Assembly: GCF_009834535.1 (NCBI RefSeq)
Contig: NC_045707.1
Location: 49,168,001-49,232,000, forward strand
Length of the DNA: 64,000 bases
Direction of reading: 5' to 3'
DNA from: Camelus ferus
Taxonomy: Eukaryota
Within the stretch, counting starts at the first letter, position 1. Every line of letters starts with the position of its first letter. The notes beneath the pieces were generated by a model. That model did no database searches. It was not told where the DNA came from and worked only from the letters and a program-made list of their open reading frames with translations. The position numbers and the translations under genes are program-made. Shown piece after piece: positions 52,030 through 64,000 of the stretch.

Positions 52030-52150
52030 CATTCTCTTCTCCTCTCTTCTCTCTCTCTCTCCTCTTTCTCCCTCTTCCCCTTTCGCCCTCCCTTTTCTCT
52101 CTCCATCTCCCCCTGAATCAGTCCCCTTGTTTCTCTTTCTCTCTCCAGTT
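52030..52150. repeat. CT-rich low-complexity (polypyrimidine) tract
   Basis: TTCTCTTCTCCTCTCTTCTCTCTCTCTCTCCTCTTTCTCCCTCTTCCCC... Confidence 0.85.
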
Positions 52151-52254
52151 CTCAGCAGCTCAGGAGTAACAGCTTCCCAGAAGAGTTTCCTGGTTCCCAG
52201 CCTCCTTTTGCTGTAACAAGCGCCCTCCTTCCTATTCCTCCAGAACTGTGTGCT

Positions 52255-52415
52255 CATTGTCCCACTGCATTTATCTCATTGGAAAGTATTTGTGTTGTCT
52301 AATTCTCCTAACAGTAAGTAAGCTCTTTAGTGACGGAACCCTTTCCATGTTTTTACCACATGTGCCTAGCAGTGTTTGGCTCTTAGTAGGTATTCAATTC
52401 TTATTTACTGAACAG
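52255..52415 (+). mobile_element. L2 3' end
   Basis: GTAAGCTCTTTAG...GTGCCTAGCAGTGTTTGGCTCTTAGTAGGTATTCAAT...TTTACTGAA. Confidence 0.7.
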
Positions 52416-54932
52416 ATGTACTTTCTTTAGTAATTTCTGTCAATACTGCACTTGTTTCTTGAGACAGGATAAGACACTGTGGAATTAACATTTGTAGAAT
52501 ATGTCATGGAAGTAGAGAGTGATGAAAGTAGCCTGCGAAATTCAAAAAAAGAAAAAAAATCCCTCCTTAAAAAGAAACATGGCAAAGGAATGTTAGCAAG
52601 ATAACTCAGTAATGGAAAGTACAGTGCTGGTAACTGTACAACATCAAGGTCAGCCACCTTCCTATCTAAATGTGTAGATTGCAGTCCTCCCAGCTGAACA
52701 AGTTAAAAATAACAAAAACAATGACATATTGGATCATCTTTAATTTTTCCCCCTTACCCTCCTCCCCATATTCAAGCTGGGACCTTATTTTCACTTTTTA
52801 TCTTTTTTAGGTTTTTGTTTATTTTCTTTTAGATACCTTCTTAATGAGAGAATATACTAGGTTTTGGGTTTTAACTCAATTTCAGACTAATTTTAGGAGG
52901 TGAGTTTATCACACTTACACATTTTGTTATAAAAGATGCTTTTAGTTTTTAATTTTAGCATGTTATTTTATATTTCCTTATTTTAATACTTTGATTTCTA
53001 TATTTTGCTAACGGAATTGACTCTATTTTTGTCTTATTTATTCATTCACTCATTAAATATTTATTAAGCACCTACTGTTTGTATGTGGACTGTTTTAGGA
53101 GCTGGAATAACAAGAATGAACCAAACAGACAAAAGTTTGTTTTCCTCTGGAGTTGAGTGATTTTCCAATGGTAATTTGGACTGTCATGTAACCTATTTTT
53201 TTCCCATTATATAGTAGTTACTTTAAAACTTTATATACCATATGCAAAACTTTATTTCTTAATTTATTTTCTTTTTAGATAATATGTACTCCATGACCCC
53301 ATAAAAGAGAGTTTTTCTTCAATTTTTTGATCAATGATTTTAAATAGAAAACAGCACGTATTTCTTGACTTTTCCACTTTAGGTAACAGCTAAATTCTGC
53401 TGAGCCTGACAAGAAAATTATTATCCTCAACCTTCCTCCCTCTTCCAGCCCTTCATTTACTGAGTTTTGATTTTATTTTATTATTTTGAAATTGTCAAAG
53501 TTTATAATATTTATTTTTGTAGCCATTTTTACCTATATTTTGACCTAGTGCCCCATTTAAGTAAATCCAGTGATCACCATCAGTCCATTAGACCATGGCT
53601 ATGGTCAATCTGTAGTTTGTTGTTTTGTTTTTCTTTTGTTTATTCATTTTATCAGGAAGAGTTCAAGGGTTTTTTAGGCTATGAATTTTTGAAAATTTGA
53701 GAATGTACATCTGTTATCTTTATATTTGAAATAGTAACTTGCACCCAGATTCATTCATTTCTGGGAAGAGAATATACAACTAAGATTCTGGGTGCCCTTT
53801 TCCTGTTCCTCCTTCCTCAAAGTATCCTCTTTTGTTGTCAGAGATTCTTCTACGTGATTATGATTGTTTCCCCCTTTCTCCTCATCTTACCTCTAACACA
53901 AAAAGGTACAAATTATTGAGTACGAGTTGTTTCATTTCAGGTGAGATATTGGAGATACATCTTTTCCTTGGGATGCTTTGATATCCCCTCCATCCACTCC
54001 TTTCTAAATTGGGAGCATGCCTCATGTGGACACCATGTCTATTAATCGTTGAAATTTTTAATGAAGGCACAAGGCAAAAGTGGTTTTCCGTCTCCTAAAA
54101 GTCCTCTCTGGGTGGCATTTAATAAATTCAGCACTTATCCTCAGTACTGTATGTTCATAAGTCTCACTGACCCTCAGAAATCAATGAACAAATCAAAATT
54201 CCAGAGTTTTTTTAAGTTAACATATAAAATCTGTAACTTTCACTAGACACAAAATACTCCTATTGATTCTTCACTGGGATCATATTTACATTGGAAGACA
54301 ATTATAATCACAAAAACATTACTGAGTCTCCTGTCAAACCAAAGAAATAAATTGGATGATTTTAGAAAATATTCATCGTCTAAAAGGGTTTAAGGTAATC
54401 TTTCCCACTTAAGAACAGATTTGTGAATTATGCCATTAATGTTCAAAGTCTATGACTGATCAACACATTTGGCTCATCATATTCTTTATTTAGATATGTT
54501 AACACTTTAAATAGAGTCTGTTAAGCTTAAGTTATATCTTTTTGTGGTAACTATATAGTCTAACTTTGATGATGATTTCACATTTGGAGAATTGGGATTA
54601 ATTACCCCAATTTTAAAGGTGAGAAAATTAAAACTTAGGTTAAGTCATGTGATATAGGTCATATATGGATATAGCTAGATGGCATAATTATACCTAGTCT
54701 GTCTAATACCAAAACCTATGGGGTTTTTTTTCCCTGCTCTATCATCTGGGCAGAAAAGTCAATATGTTTCCAAGATCTTCATATCACGTCCTGTGCTGTT
54801 TACTTAGTCCCTTTTATCCTATAGGGGCCTATAGCACTAAGGAGGCAATTTACAAGATCCTTGGAAATATTTCATGTGTTGATTCATTCAATCAATCCTT
54901 TTTTTTTTCTTATTGGCATTCCAGAGCAGATA

Positions 54933-55445
54933 TTGTCAGTGTCCTGCACATATCCCAATGGGACTCATTTGCTAAAATCTGCTCCTGGAGGAAAAATACA
55001 AAAGGCAGACACTCCTGGGAATTTCTGTACTCTCTATGAGGAAGATTTTGTTGTTGTTGTTGTTGTTGTTGTTTGGGGTTTTAATTTTTGTTTGTTTTGC
55101 CTGAAGGGCAATTCAGCCAGGGCAAACTAGACAAAATAGAGTTAACTTTCCTGGAAGCATCCCTCAACAAATGACAGTTAGAGTTGATGAATAAATACCC
55201 AAGATGCTTCATTGTTTGGTTGGAATAACCCTGAGGCCTGTTCTGCACTATATTTCATGTTGTACTGGGGGACTGAATTCCCATATTCCAGATGGACAAC
55301 TGCCTGATGCCACACTCTTCTGACTTTCTTCTGGTCCCCATCTTACTTCTTCACTACCCTACCAGTTTTTCTGAATCACTTCTCAAACAACAGGCATTCA
55401 AATTCTTGCCTCAAGATCTCTTTCTTGGAACAACTAAACTAAGAA
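54933..55445 (+). mobile_element. LTR16-like ERVL solo LTR containing a (TTG)n microsatellite at 55048-55074
   Basis: TGTCAGTGTCC start, GAGTTAAC...CCCTCAACAAATGAC...GAGTTGATGAATAAATACCC, and end TCAAATTCTTGCCTCAAGATCTCTTTCTTGGAACAACTAAACTAAGA. Confidence 0.75.
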
Positions 55446-55939
55446 AAAAGAGTACTATTTGCCCATTACTGCTGAAAGATCTAGGGATACAGCAGAAAAA
55501 AATAATGAATCACTTGACCTTATGTCAGAAAAATTATTTGCAACTTGGAAATAGGCAAAATTGATTACTGAGTGCCCTTTCAGTGCAGTCCTGGGCTCGA
55601 CTTACCATCAACTGGGCTATTTTACAACTCTGTTGGAGCAAAGGTTAATTTGTAAACTTTTGTCCAGTAGAGATCAAATAATTCCTGTCCAATGAAATAG
55701 ATAGTGCCAAAGGTTACACTTTATTTCCCTGTAAGACATTAATCAGTTCTGTGTATAACCCAGCAATCCTACTCTGACATTTCTTTATTAAAGTGCCTAG
55801 TTTCACCCAAGCTTTTAAATAGATTTTAACATTATACTGGTTTCCTTATTTATAAAGAAATAGCATAATATTTTTGGCATGTTTCCTTTTTATTTTTGTC
55901 TGATAGTCATATTTTATAAACTTTGGAGAATTATACTTC

Positions 55940-56670
55940 AACATAAAGGAGACAAACAATAGCTAACAATAACTACATATATATATATATACACACACAT
56001 ATAAAATAAGGCATTCTTGATGAGTTACAGAGAATAAAGCTGGGTAGACGTTAGAGATTGATGGCTTGGAGAAAGTGCTGTTTTATATAAAGTGGTTGAG
56101 AAAGCATCTGAGTGGAGACCAGGAGGAGGGGAGATAGTGGGTCAAATGGATATCTAAAGCACAAGCATTGCAGGCAAACAAGAAAAACAGCAAATGTGAA
56201 AAGTCTGAAATAAGACCATGCATGGCAAATTCAAGTAACAGCTGGAAGACCACCGGGGTAGAAACTGAATGTGTTATAATGGGGGAGAGAGGGGAATGAT
56301 AAATGATGAGGATAAAGAAGTAATGTGGACTAATCATATATGATTTTTCTATATTAGTAGTTCATGGACGTTGGCATATACTCTAAGTGAGACAGAAGGA
56401 GACACTGGAGTATTTTGAGCAAGATTGATGTGATCTCCTCTGTTCATAAAGGACCGTATGGGTCCCATAATTGAGATTAGGGGCGAGAGCAGATGCAGAA
56501 AGATCAGTCAGGACTCTTTTTTTTTTTTTCCAATTTTGACTAGAAGTGTTGGTGGTTGGTGGCCTGGACCTGGGTGATGGTGGTAGTGAAAAAGGATCTT
56601 ATCCTGGATAAATTTTGAGGTAGAACCAACACAATTTTTTCTGATAATTAAATGTAATTTATGAGAATGG
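55940..56670 (-). mobile_element. L2 fragment
   Basis: GCAGGCAAACAAGAAAAACAGCAAATGTGAAAAGTCTGA, CACTGGAGTATTTTGAGCA, GGTGGCCTGGACCTGGGTGATGG, ATTTTGAGGTAGAACCAACA. Confidence 0.8.
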
Positions 56671-57529
56671 ATATCAATCTTCATTTATTCATTCTTCACC
56701 TTTCTCAAATATTTACTGCAAGGTATTGTGTTAAGTTTATAATAAAACATCCTCTAAGATTCACATGGACTTTTGTTGCAGGTCTAACAAATTTGAGATT
56801 ATTACAGTCATGTCACTTCAGAGGCATTTTTTACTTAAAACCGCCACTTTCACAAATGATGATAAATGCATCAGCAAAAAAAATCTCATCAGCAATTTAA
56901 ACATAGGTTTTTCTGACACAGACAAACTGAGCCACACTCTAGTTCTCAGAAGTAGAGACAGGTTTCTTTTCCATTATTGGAGCAAAAATGAAATTCAGTG
57001 TGGATCTATTTACATTAACTTTAGAACTGTAAAGCTTGGGTTGTAAAATTTAAATAATTTGTTTTTAAAATGATATTCGTTTCAGAAACTGACAGCCCCT
57101 CACTTAAAATACTCTGAATCACTAACTTCTGTAGTACTTTTGTATGGTATTGTTTGTGATAAAATTTTTCCTAAACCAAATAAGTATCATGCATATCATG
57201 CCAAGAAATGACATGTAAATTTTTTGGTCAACTAATTCTTTCATCTTTTAATAAGCAAATATTTGTTTTATCAATAGTCAACAAATTGATCTCTAATGCA
57301 AGATATGCAAACCAGAAATGGTGTGAAAGATAATCCACTGGGTGCAGGGAGAAAAAAATTAGATCTTCTTCTAATATTTACTTTATCATTTCTTTTTCAA
57401 TATAAAATTTGAGTATCTATTAGTATAGTGATACAAGGAAATAATTCTTAAATAGTAGACACATATGGGAGTATATTTATCATTTTTTTCCTAGGGAGAT
57501 ACAGTAAAAAAGTTTGGACATATAACATA

Positions 57530-57700
57530 CATTTATTTATTATGCTTATTTTTATTATCTGTGTCCCTCTACTACTATGTAATCTCTATGAGAGATGCAA
57601 TTTCTTTTTATTGTTTTGTTACTGAGATATCCTATGCACAAAAAAACTGTGCTTAGCACATAACAGGCACACAATAAAGTACATGTTTAATTAAAAAGAT
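57530..57700 (+). mobile_element. L2 3' end
   Basis: TATCTGTGTCCCTCTACTACTATGTAATCTCTATGAG...GCTTAGCACATAACAGGCACACAATAAA. Confidence 0.7.
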
Positions 57701-57959
57701 GGGTAAACATTTATAATCAGGTCTTACTATATTTCTTGAGATGAAGTAATCTGAGGAAGACAATTCCATTCCATGGAAAGTGGATACGCAGGTACATTGT
57801 GAGGGATGCAAAGAACAACAAAAGCAAGATATCAGATACCCTAAGCTTTTACACTGGTATTGGTAAGCCTGCTAAGAAAGACTCTAATAGAAGGCAGAGC
57901 CCACAATGGACGAGATAGTATAGTGAAATGAAAGTCATTTGGGGTAGTTGAAGATGATG

Positions 57960-58285
57960 TTAATAATAGTATGGCTATCATTTATTACTTTGGGTTGGTC
58001 AATGAAAAGAAGTATTTTTATGGATGTTATGTTTTTAATCCCCAGAAACTAGATATATTATTGATATATAATAGATGTTTAATAAGCATTTATAAGACAT
58101 AAATTTTCTCTTTAATTTACACAACAACCTTATGAAGGAGGAGATATTTTTAAATGGTTTTCAGATAACAACATCTAAGGCTAGCAAGGTTAAGACACTG
58201 GCCCCAAATCACACAGAAAATAAATAGAAGAGTCCAGAGTTATATCAAAATCTGAGAAGAGAAACTAAACTCTTAACCAGTGTGG
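57960..58285 (-). mobile_element. MIR fragment(s)
   Basis: CACAACAACCTTATGAAGG...CAGAT...CTAAGGCT...GGTTAAG...CCCAAATCACACAG...CTCTTAACCA. Confidence 0.65.
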
Positions 58286-58932
58286 TTCTCTGTTTCTAAT
58301 GGAAAAAAATACATAGGTGTACAGAGATGAGTAATGTGTGTGCAGTATTCCATAGAAAGACTAATAATAGGTTGGATGTGAAGACTTGATAAATCAGTTA
58401 TTCATATAGAATCTTATAAATAAATCTCATTTTTACCAGTCTGAAGGGTGAGGTGTGCAGTTTTGAGTGAGGTAGATGGTGGTAGGAAAAGTAGGTAGAT
58501 GATCCACAAATCGAATTAGTGCCCAACAGATGACTGGGAGTTGAACTACAGAGAAAATAGAAATAACTATTAAGAGTCTAGTTTAAGTGTGGCAGAGGAC
58601 ACAAGACGGAGCTCCTGGGGAAGTGACTGTGTATCTGCAATGAGGAGCTCTTACTTTGTTTCTATCCACAGAGTGGGTCGCCACACCTGGGAAAACCAAG
58701 ACTTGATCCATTGTTCAAATGATGAGGGAAGGGGTAATGGCATCATAAAGAAGGAAGGCCATGTAAAAGCTAAAGGTGGAAGAAAACAGTGCTCTTGCCA
58801 CTTAATATGTTCAGAATCTGAGTACTGAACATTGTGCCCCAGCCCCTGCCTCTAGTTAAATGGGAAGAAAGAATTCCAGTGCTAAACTTGTCTGCAATAA
58901 AATTAAAATTTTCTCTAGAGAGTCATCAAGAG

Positions 58933-59400
58933 TGTCTTACCTGGCTCCTTCAGAAAGCAGAGTTAAATATTAAGTTGATACCAGTATATTTGAGAGTTAC
59001 CAGCCCAGCGAGGTGAAGGTAAGAAAGAAGAAATCAAGGAGTATGCAAAAACCATGCAATATCATGTGTCATTGTTCCAGTCAATGCTTCATGATAGGCC
59101 AGGAAAAGATGGAAAGGATCTTTCATCAGGCTTGTTTGTTCAGCCCATGGGTCTTCTCCAGAAGGGCTGCAGGGAAAAACTGCCATTCAGACTACCACCA
59201 AATAAACTAAGGGAGAGAAATGCATCTGCTCAATTTCCTTTTATCTTTCACTTCTCATTGGTCAAGGTACAGCTACTAAACAATGGGGCTGCATCTCCAG
59301 CCCATCTGTGGCTAGCTAAGAAACCAGAAACTATAACATGCTTTAAAGTGTTCCATCCAAGATCAAGAAAAGAGTGATGGCCTATGAGTTATGTGCCAAA
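58933..59400 (-). mobile_element. Old ERVL LTR (LTR16/LTR33-like)
   Basis: TGTCTTACCTGGCTCCTTCAGAAAGCAGA...TATATTTGAGAG...CCAG...GAAGGTAAGAAAGAAG resembles the reverse-complemented LTR16/33 3' end. Right boundary uncertain. Confidence 0.5.
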
Positions 59401-59595
59401 GACAGAGAAATTGAAAAGCTCAGAGTGTTTGAGGAGGCATATAAAGTTTATGTCTGAATGCAAAGGAAACTAGGTTAAAAGAATACATTGCTCCACAATG
59501 CCTCTTTATTCTCATTCCATATAGTGCTAGGACAAAAAGAAGGAAGAACTCAGAAAAACAACCTACTTTATGTGAAATGGACATGTTTGGAAGAG

Positions 59596-59625
59596 AAGAA
59601 AATTAAGAAAATTAAGAAAATTAAG
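59596..59625. repeat. (AAGAAAATT)3 tandem repeat
   Basis: Three perfect 9-mers plus AAG. Confidence 0.9.
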
Positions 59626-59929
59626 TCCAGTCCAAGAAAGGGCATAGCAAATCCAAGTGAGACCTAGGTCAGTATCTATATCCTAAAAGTTAGACTCCAG
59701 GGGAACTGATGGATAATCTTGAGAAACTCAAGAAAAAGTCACTGAGTGCTGTGATAGAAGGTGGAATATATGACAAAATAGAATTTTAGAAAGAAGGTTA
59801 AAAAACAGGTTCTGACCCTAGGAAATGGGCTTGCTGAGTGGTGAATGGGCACCCATGATATATAAAGCTATAAACAGAAGAGAGCCAAGAATATGGCATA
59901 ACTTCACAATGAGATTTTTAATTTTAATA

Positions 59930-60172
59930 ATAATTATGATCATAATATTAACTGATATGTATTCCATACGTATTTGTCAAGCTTTATAAAATCTTTATCT
60001 TTCTATTAACTCATTTTATTCTCTCCTTGGTATTTATGAAGTAGGTACAATAATTATTTCATCTTACAAATTAAAAAAAAACTGAGACATAGGCAATTAA
60101 ACTGCCCAGGTTACACAGCTAAAGTGAGAAACAAAGCCAGGATTGGAACCCAGGCAGACAGGCTCCAGAGTG
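59930..60172 (-). mobile_element. MIR
   Basis: TATGAAGTAGGTAC...CATCTTACAAAT...AAACTGAGACATAG...TGCCCAGGTTACACAGCT...GCCAGGATTGGAACCCAGGCAG. Confidence 0.8.
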
Positions 60173-60911
60173 CGAAAAGAGGAGAGGTGCTGGCTGCCAT
60201 CAACATCGTGGAAGGACTTGATAACCCTAACTTCATGTTTTCCAAGGGAGATACTCTGTGTTATTTCCCCATTCCTCAGAAAGCCAAGAGAAACAGCCTT
60301 GGATCATACTCTGTGCAGAGTTGAGATGAGTCTAGGATTAGGAAATATGTCTCTCCAACTAATTTAACATAAACTCAATACACAAATTCCCCAACTGACC
60401 AAAGGAGTAAGATAGAAGGCCAATTTATTTTAATGACCATGAATTCTCAGGAGAATTTTCACACTGAAGTACATCATGTTATTAGTTCAAATCACCTATT
60501 GACAAACATCCAGTACTCCTCACGGTCACAAATATTTATAACCAAAAGAGAAGAAAATGAACAAAGAGAGAAAATCTCTTCATCGCTTAGAAATTCTTAT
60601 TACTCAGGCAAGTTGAAGTAATTAACAACTGAGGGAAATGTGAAAAGTACAGCTATGCTAAGTAAATACTTCAACATCACAGGGATAGAGCTACCATTTT
60701 AATTCCTTTCTTCTCAAATGTTTCACTATTTCTAGGTTTTTGCCATGAGATGCTACCTTCTCTTTTACAATGAAGACGTGATTGGAACTTGTGCTACATT
60801 TTATATGATAAACTATTGTAACTTTGCTGGAATGTCTCCATCCAGAATGTCCAGGTATCTTTATAGAAGCAAACTGTCTATCAAGTAAAAGTAAATGCAT
60901 TTGTATGATAT

Positions 60912-61255
60912 TGTTAAAAAGAAATAACAGCCCAAAATGGAATCACTTGTCCTAAGCCCACATCATCAAATTGCAGTTTCAGCCCCTTCCAGTAATATAA
61001 CCATCTAACCAGTCAATCTAGAATTATTTGGTCAGCCCTAATGAGGTAATCTGCTTAATAGACACCTTCTATCCCCCAAACGAAGACATACACTCTTCCT
61101 TGTCTCACCCTCTTTCTGCCTATAAAGGCCTTCATTTTGTACAGCTCTTTGCAGTTCCTTTCTGTTTACTAGATAGGATGCTGCTTGATTCATAAATCAT
61201 TGAAAAAAGCCAATTTGATCTTTAAATTTACTCAGTAGAATTTTGTTCTTTAACA
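60912..61255 (+). mobile_element. 5' LTR of a class I (ERV1) provirus
   Basis: TGTTAA...TTAACA termini, TATAAA at ~61120, and a TGG-initiated PBS 4 nt downstream. Confidence 0.88.
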
Positions 61256-61259
61256 GAAT

Positions 61260-61277
61260 TGGTGACTGCAGAGATAT
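61260..61277 (+). promoter_or_regulatory. Primer-binding site, possibly tRNA-Arg
   Basis: TGGTGACTGCAG equals TGGCGACCGCGG (complement of a tRNA-Arg(TCG) 3' end as I recall it) after three CpG transitions. Confidence 0.55.
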
Positions 61278-62103
61278 GAAGTGAACTTCTGATGGCACTT
61301 GGGGACAAGAAACACAGGCAAACCCTTTGAGTTTACTGCTTTTCTCACCATTTCCTGGGGTGGTGAACAAGTTCCTCTCTGTTCTCAGCTGTGCTGTCTT
61401 GGTGCTGAGCTCCTGATCTAACTGGCTTTTTACCCCACAAATCCCAACTGATTGGAAATCCCAGTCCTTGATTCTGTCCTAAGACCCACGTGGAAACTGC
61501 TAGTGACATTCACGTTACTTATTTACGTGAAGCCCTCAGTCCACAGACTCTGTTGGTTGAAGTCTGATACTTCAGCCCTTTCCTCAGTCCCTCAGTTCTA
61601 CATTGTGAACTGCTGGAGGTGTGCACAGGGCCTTCTATTGGCCAGTCTGCATTAACATCCAAATCCTAGCCCTTGGTTCTGTCCCCAGATTCCACAGTTG
61701 TAACTGCTGGCAGAAGTTGCAGCTCCCCATTTGTATGGAATCAGTCTGCAGTCCCCATTCAGTGGAGTCTGCTGGTTCAGTCCTTTCTCTAGTCCCTTGT
61801 TCATTGGTTACTGGTTGTATGTGAATGTGCATATGAGGTAAAAAGCAATCGCTAATGGGGACCTCAAAGCCAAAAAGCTCCAAAAATTGGTGGGCAGATC
61901 GAGCACTTAAAAGCTGTTAGAGCACTCACCACTGAGGCCAAAGAATCTTGAGTTAGGATAAGTTGGTAAGATTGACACCAGGTCATCTGCCAACCTCAAG
62001 TAAATTTCTGTGCAATAAATTATACCGTAAACCACCACACAACCTCCAAGCCAGCACCATATTCCTTTTAAGTATTAGTTTTGCTCTGAGAGACCCTAAG
62101 TCT

Positions 62104-62130
62104 TAAATAAATAAATAAATAAATAAATAA
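62104..62130. repeat. (TAAA)n microsatellite inside the ERV leader
   Basis: About 6.5 perfect units. Confidence 0.95.
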
Positions 62131-64000
62131 TATATGATCCTTAAAACCCAAAGAGTTAAGTGCTCCACCTTCCAGCACACCTACTTAGTTTATGTTTAAG
62201 AATCAAAGTTCTTGAAGCTGTGGATATCCATAAAAATGGCAAAATTCCTTGAACTGCAATGACCATTACGGGGAATGCCCCAATTAGACAAGATTGTTGA
62301 TTTAAGAGTGTACTTGAAAGTAAGGGCTTCTGAATTAAACAAATAGAAGGGAATACCTATTTTGATTGGTATATAGAAGCTTCCAAGAGGCTTCAAGATT
62401 CCAAAATAGCTATTTCAAAAGTTTGATAGCAAAGGCTAATAAAAAATCAAAGACATCAAAGGTATCGAAAACAATACTTAGGCCTCCTCCATTACACCAT
62501 CTTAAGAGTCCATCATCACAATACTGGCCAAGAGATTAGTATCTCAGTTGTAATCAACTGGGACAGATTGGGACACAAGAAAAGATTATACTTAAAGGCC
62601 CTATCCATAGTCTTCAACGTCAACTTGAATGCCCCCATACCTTTGAAGTAGGGCCCCCATCTGGACCCCTCCCAGAGTTGATGAGACACTGGGAGATTTT
62701 CAGGTAAGCTGCTATTCCCTTAAACAGCTAAGGAAAACTGAAATTAAAACTAATGGAAAAACTGCCAAATCCTGGTAGATACTGGAGCTACACTCCCTAT
62801 TTTAAACCTCACTGGGAACCTGCAGATAGGATCCTGGGAAAACTGACAAACACCAGCAAAGGTTAAGAAATATTACCAGAGTCACCTCTCCCAGATCTCT
62901 GTCTGTAGTATCGGATAAAGAAGGAAAAAGTAAAACATCTCTTGCATCCTCTTTGAGGATGCTGCTTAAGTCCAAAATATTTACTGATTGTCCTGGCTGA
63001 AAACTGACAAGATATTTTAAAAGATTTTTAGGTAGCTTTATGGTCAGAAATTGGCCAGAAGTTGGAAGCTAGTATTAGAGCATGACAGGAAATTCTTTAG
63101 ACTTTCTCCCCTAAGTTAAAATAAAACTATCTACCCAGAGGAAAAGAAAAAGGTTCTAAAGTTCTTGTAAAATAATTTATGGGTGGATCAACCTGTGATG
63201 TCATTTAGGCTTCAACTCAATTCTTTGAGAAACTGAGAGCAACTGTATTTACAAATCTTTGCAAAACTAGAATTGCAGCTCTAGAGGTAGTTCAAAGTTC
63301 ACCTATTTTTTTTTTTAAACCAATCCCAAGACCTCCTCTGTTTACCTTAACAGGTTGTAACTTGCATTTTTTACCCTGTGCCTTTGAGAAGTAAACATTA
63401 AAGTAGAAACTTCAGGGAGGCAATTTTTATCAGAAGAAAAATAAAAAGGGGGGGAGGTCATTTGAAACTTAGCGTTAGCCATTTGAGCAGGTAGTCTTAA
63501 ATTATTTCATCTATCAGAAAAACAACTTAGATCCAATTTCTTTCATAAATAGGAAAACAGAAGCTGTAAGTTTTCTGTTTACATCAGTCTGTATATTTTT
63601 ATGTGTGTTTGTGGCATTTTTACCTCTGGATGATATCAAATTAATTTGTAAAAGAGTTGTATTTAATTGGGTTAAAGAAAATTAAGTACTTATATAAAAT
63701 ACATTCTCAAAAATGTAAAAGGAACTAACCCAAAGAATTTCAGTTTCATAGCATCTGGGAAAACATTTGGTGTAAAAGCTAATTTAAAGCTCTTGGTTTA
63801 ATTAAAACAGGAGTGCCTTTAGAGTTACAAGCATTCAATACAAAACTTTTATTCTACATGGGTTACCAATCAAATAAGTACATGTTATCTCTTATGAAAA
63901 TTGTCAGCAAGAAAAATAAGATAACGGACTTTATTGCCTAATGAAGGGTTTGTGAGTAAACAGAATTGTTAAGAACAAGTAAATTAAATAGGTTTAATTA

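Larger units (their letters stand above)
61256..64000 (+). mobile_element. ERV1 internal region, defective (gag and protease remnants); continues past the window end
   Basis: MA-like remnant at ~62235-62330 (CTT GAA CTG CAA TGA CCA TTA CGG GGA = LELQ*PLRG). Decayed Cys/His-knuckle-like stretch at ~62540-62590. Protease motif CQILVDTGATL at 62763-62795 (DTGA at 62778-62789). AT-rich noncoding sequence follows. Confidence 0.85.

Noticed and set aside
51976..52257. Glu/Arg/Gly-rich 93-aa ORF
   Set aside because: Translation of the CT-rich low-complexity tract.
58834..59016. ORF with ankyrin-like HQECLTWLLQKAELNIK
   Set aside because: Overlaps the end of an LTR16/33-like element, lacks the TPLH motif, and has no further repeats.
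59596..59625. Direct repeats as a CRISPR-like array
   Set aside because: Simple 9-bp tandem repeat with no spacers, in mammalian DNA.
1..64000. Non-retroviral endogenous viral element, processed pseudogene or CpG-island promoter
   Set aside because: No long or recognisable reading frame outside L1/ERV, and CpG is depleted throughout. A highly decayed element cannot be excluded without a tblastn search.

Overview
AT-rich, CpG-depleted mammalian genomic DNA with no CpG island and no recognisable protein-coding gene. It looks like a gene desert or a very large intron. A tRNA-Ala-derived Vic-1-like SINE, three related young L1 3' ends, and no Alu, Bov-A/BovB or Can-SINE that I could see point to a camelid (alpaca, llama or camel); this is inference. 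Most of the window is layered transposon debris: L1 of several ages, L2, MIR, MaLR/ERVL/ERV1 LTRs and hAT MITEs. It ends inside a deleted class I ERV (5' LTR, PBS, gag and protease remnants). The ORF track is explained by decayed L1 ORF2 and chance ORFs. I found no convincing novel system. The best leads are speculative: several well-formed minus-strand exon candidates (possible lncRNA), one plus-strand exon candidate with an open frame, two motif-dense unique blocks, nested insertions with readable target-site duplications, and the non-autonomous ERV. Repeat family names come from remembered consensus sequences, not a search. Many boundaries are approximate.
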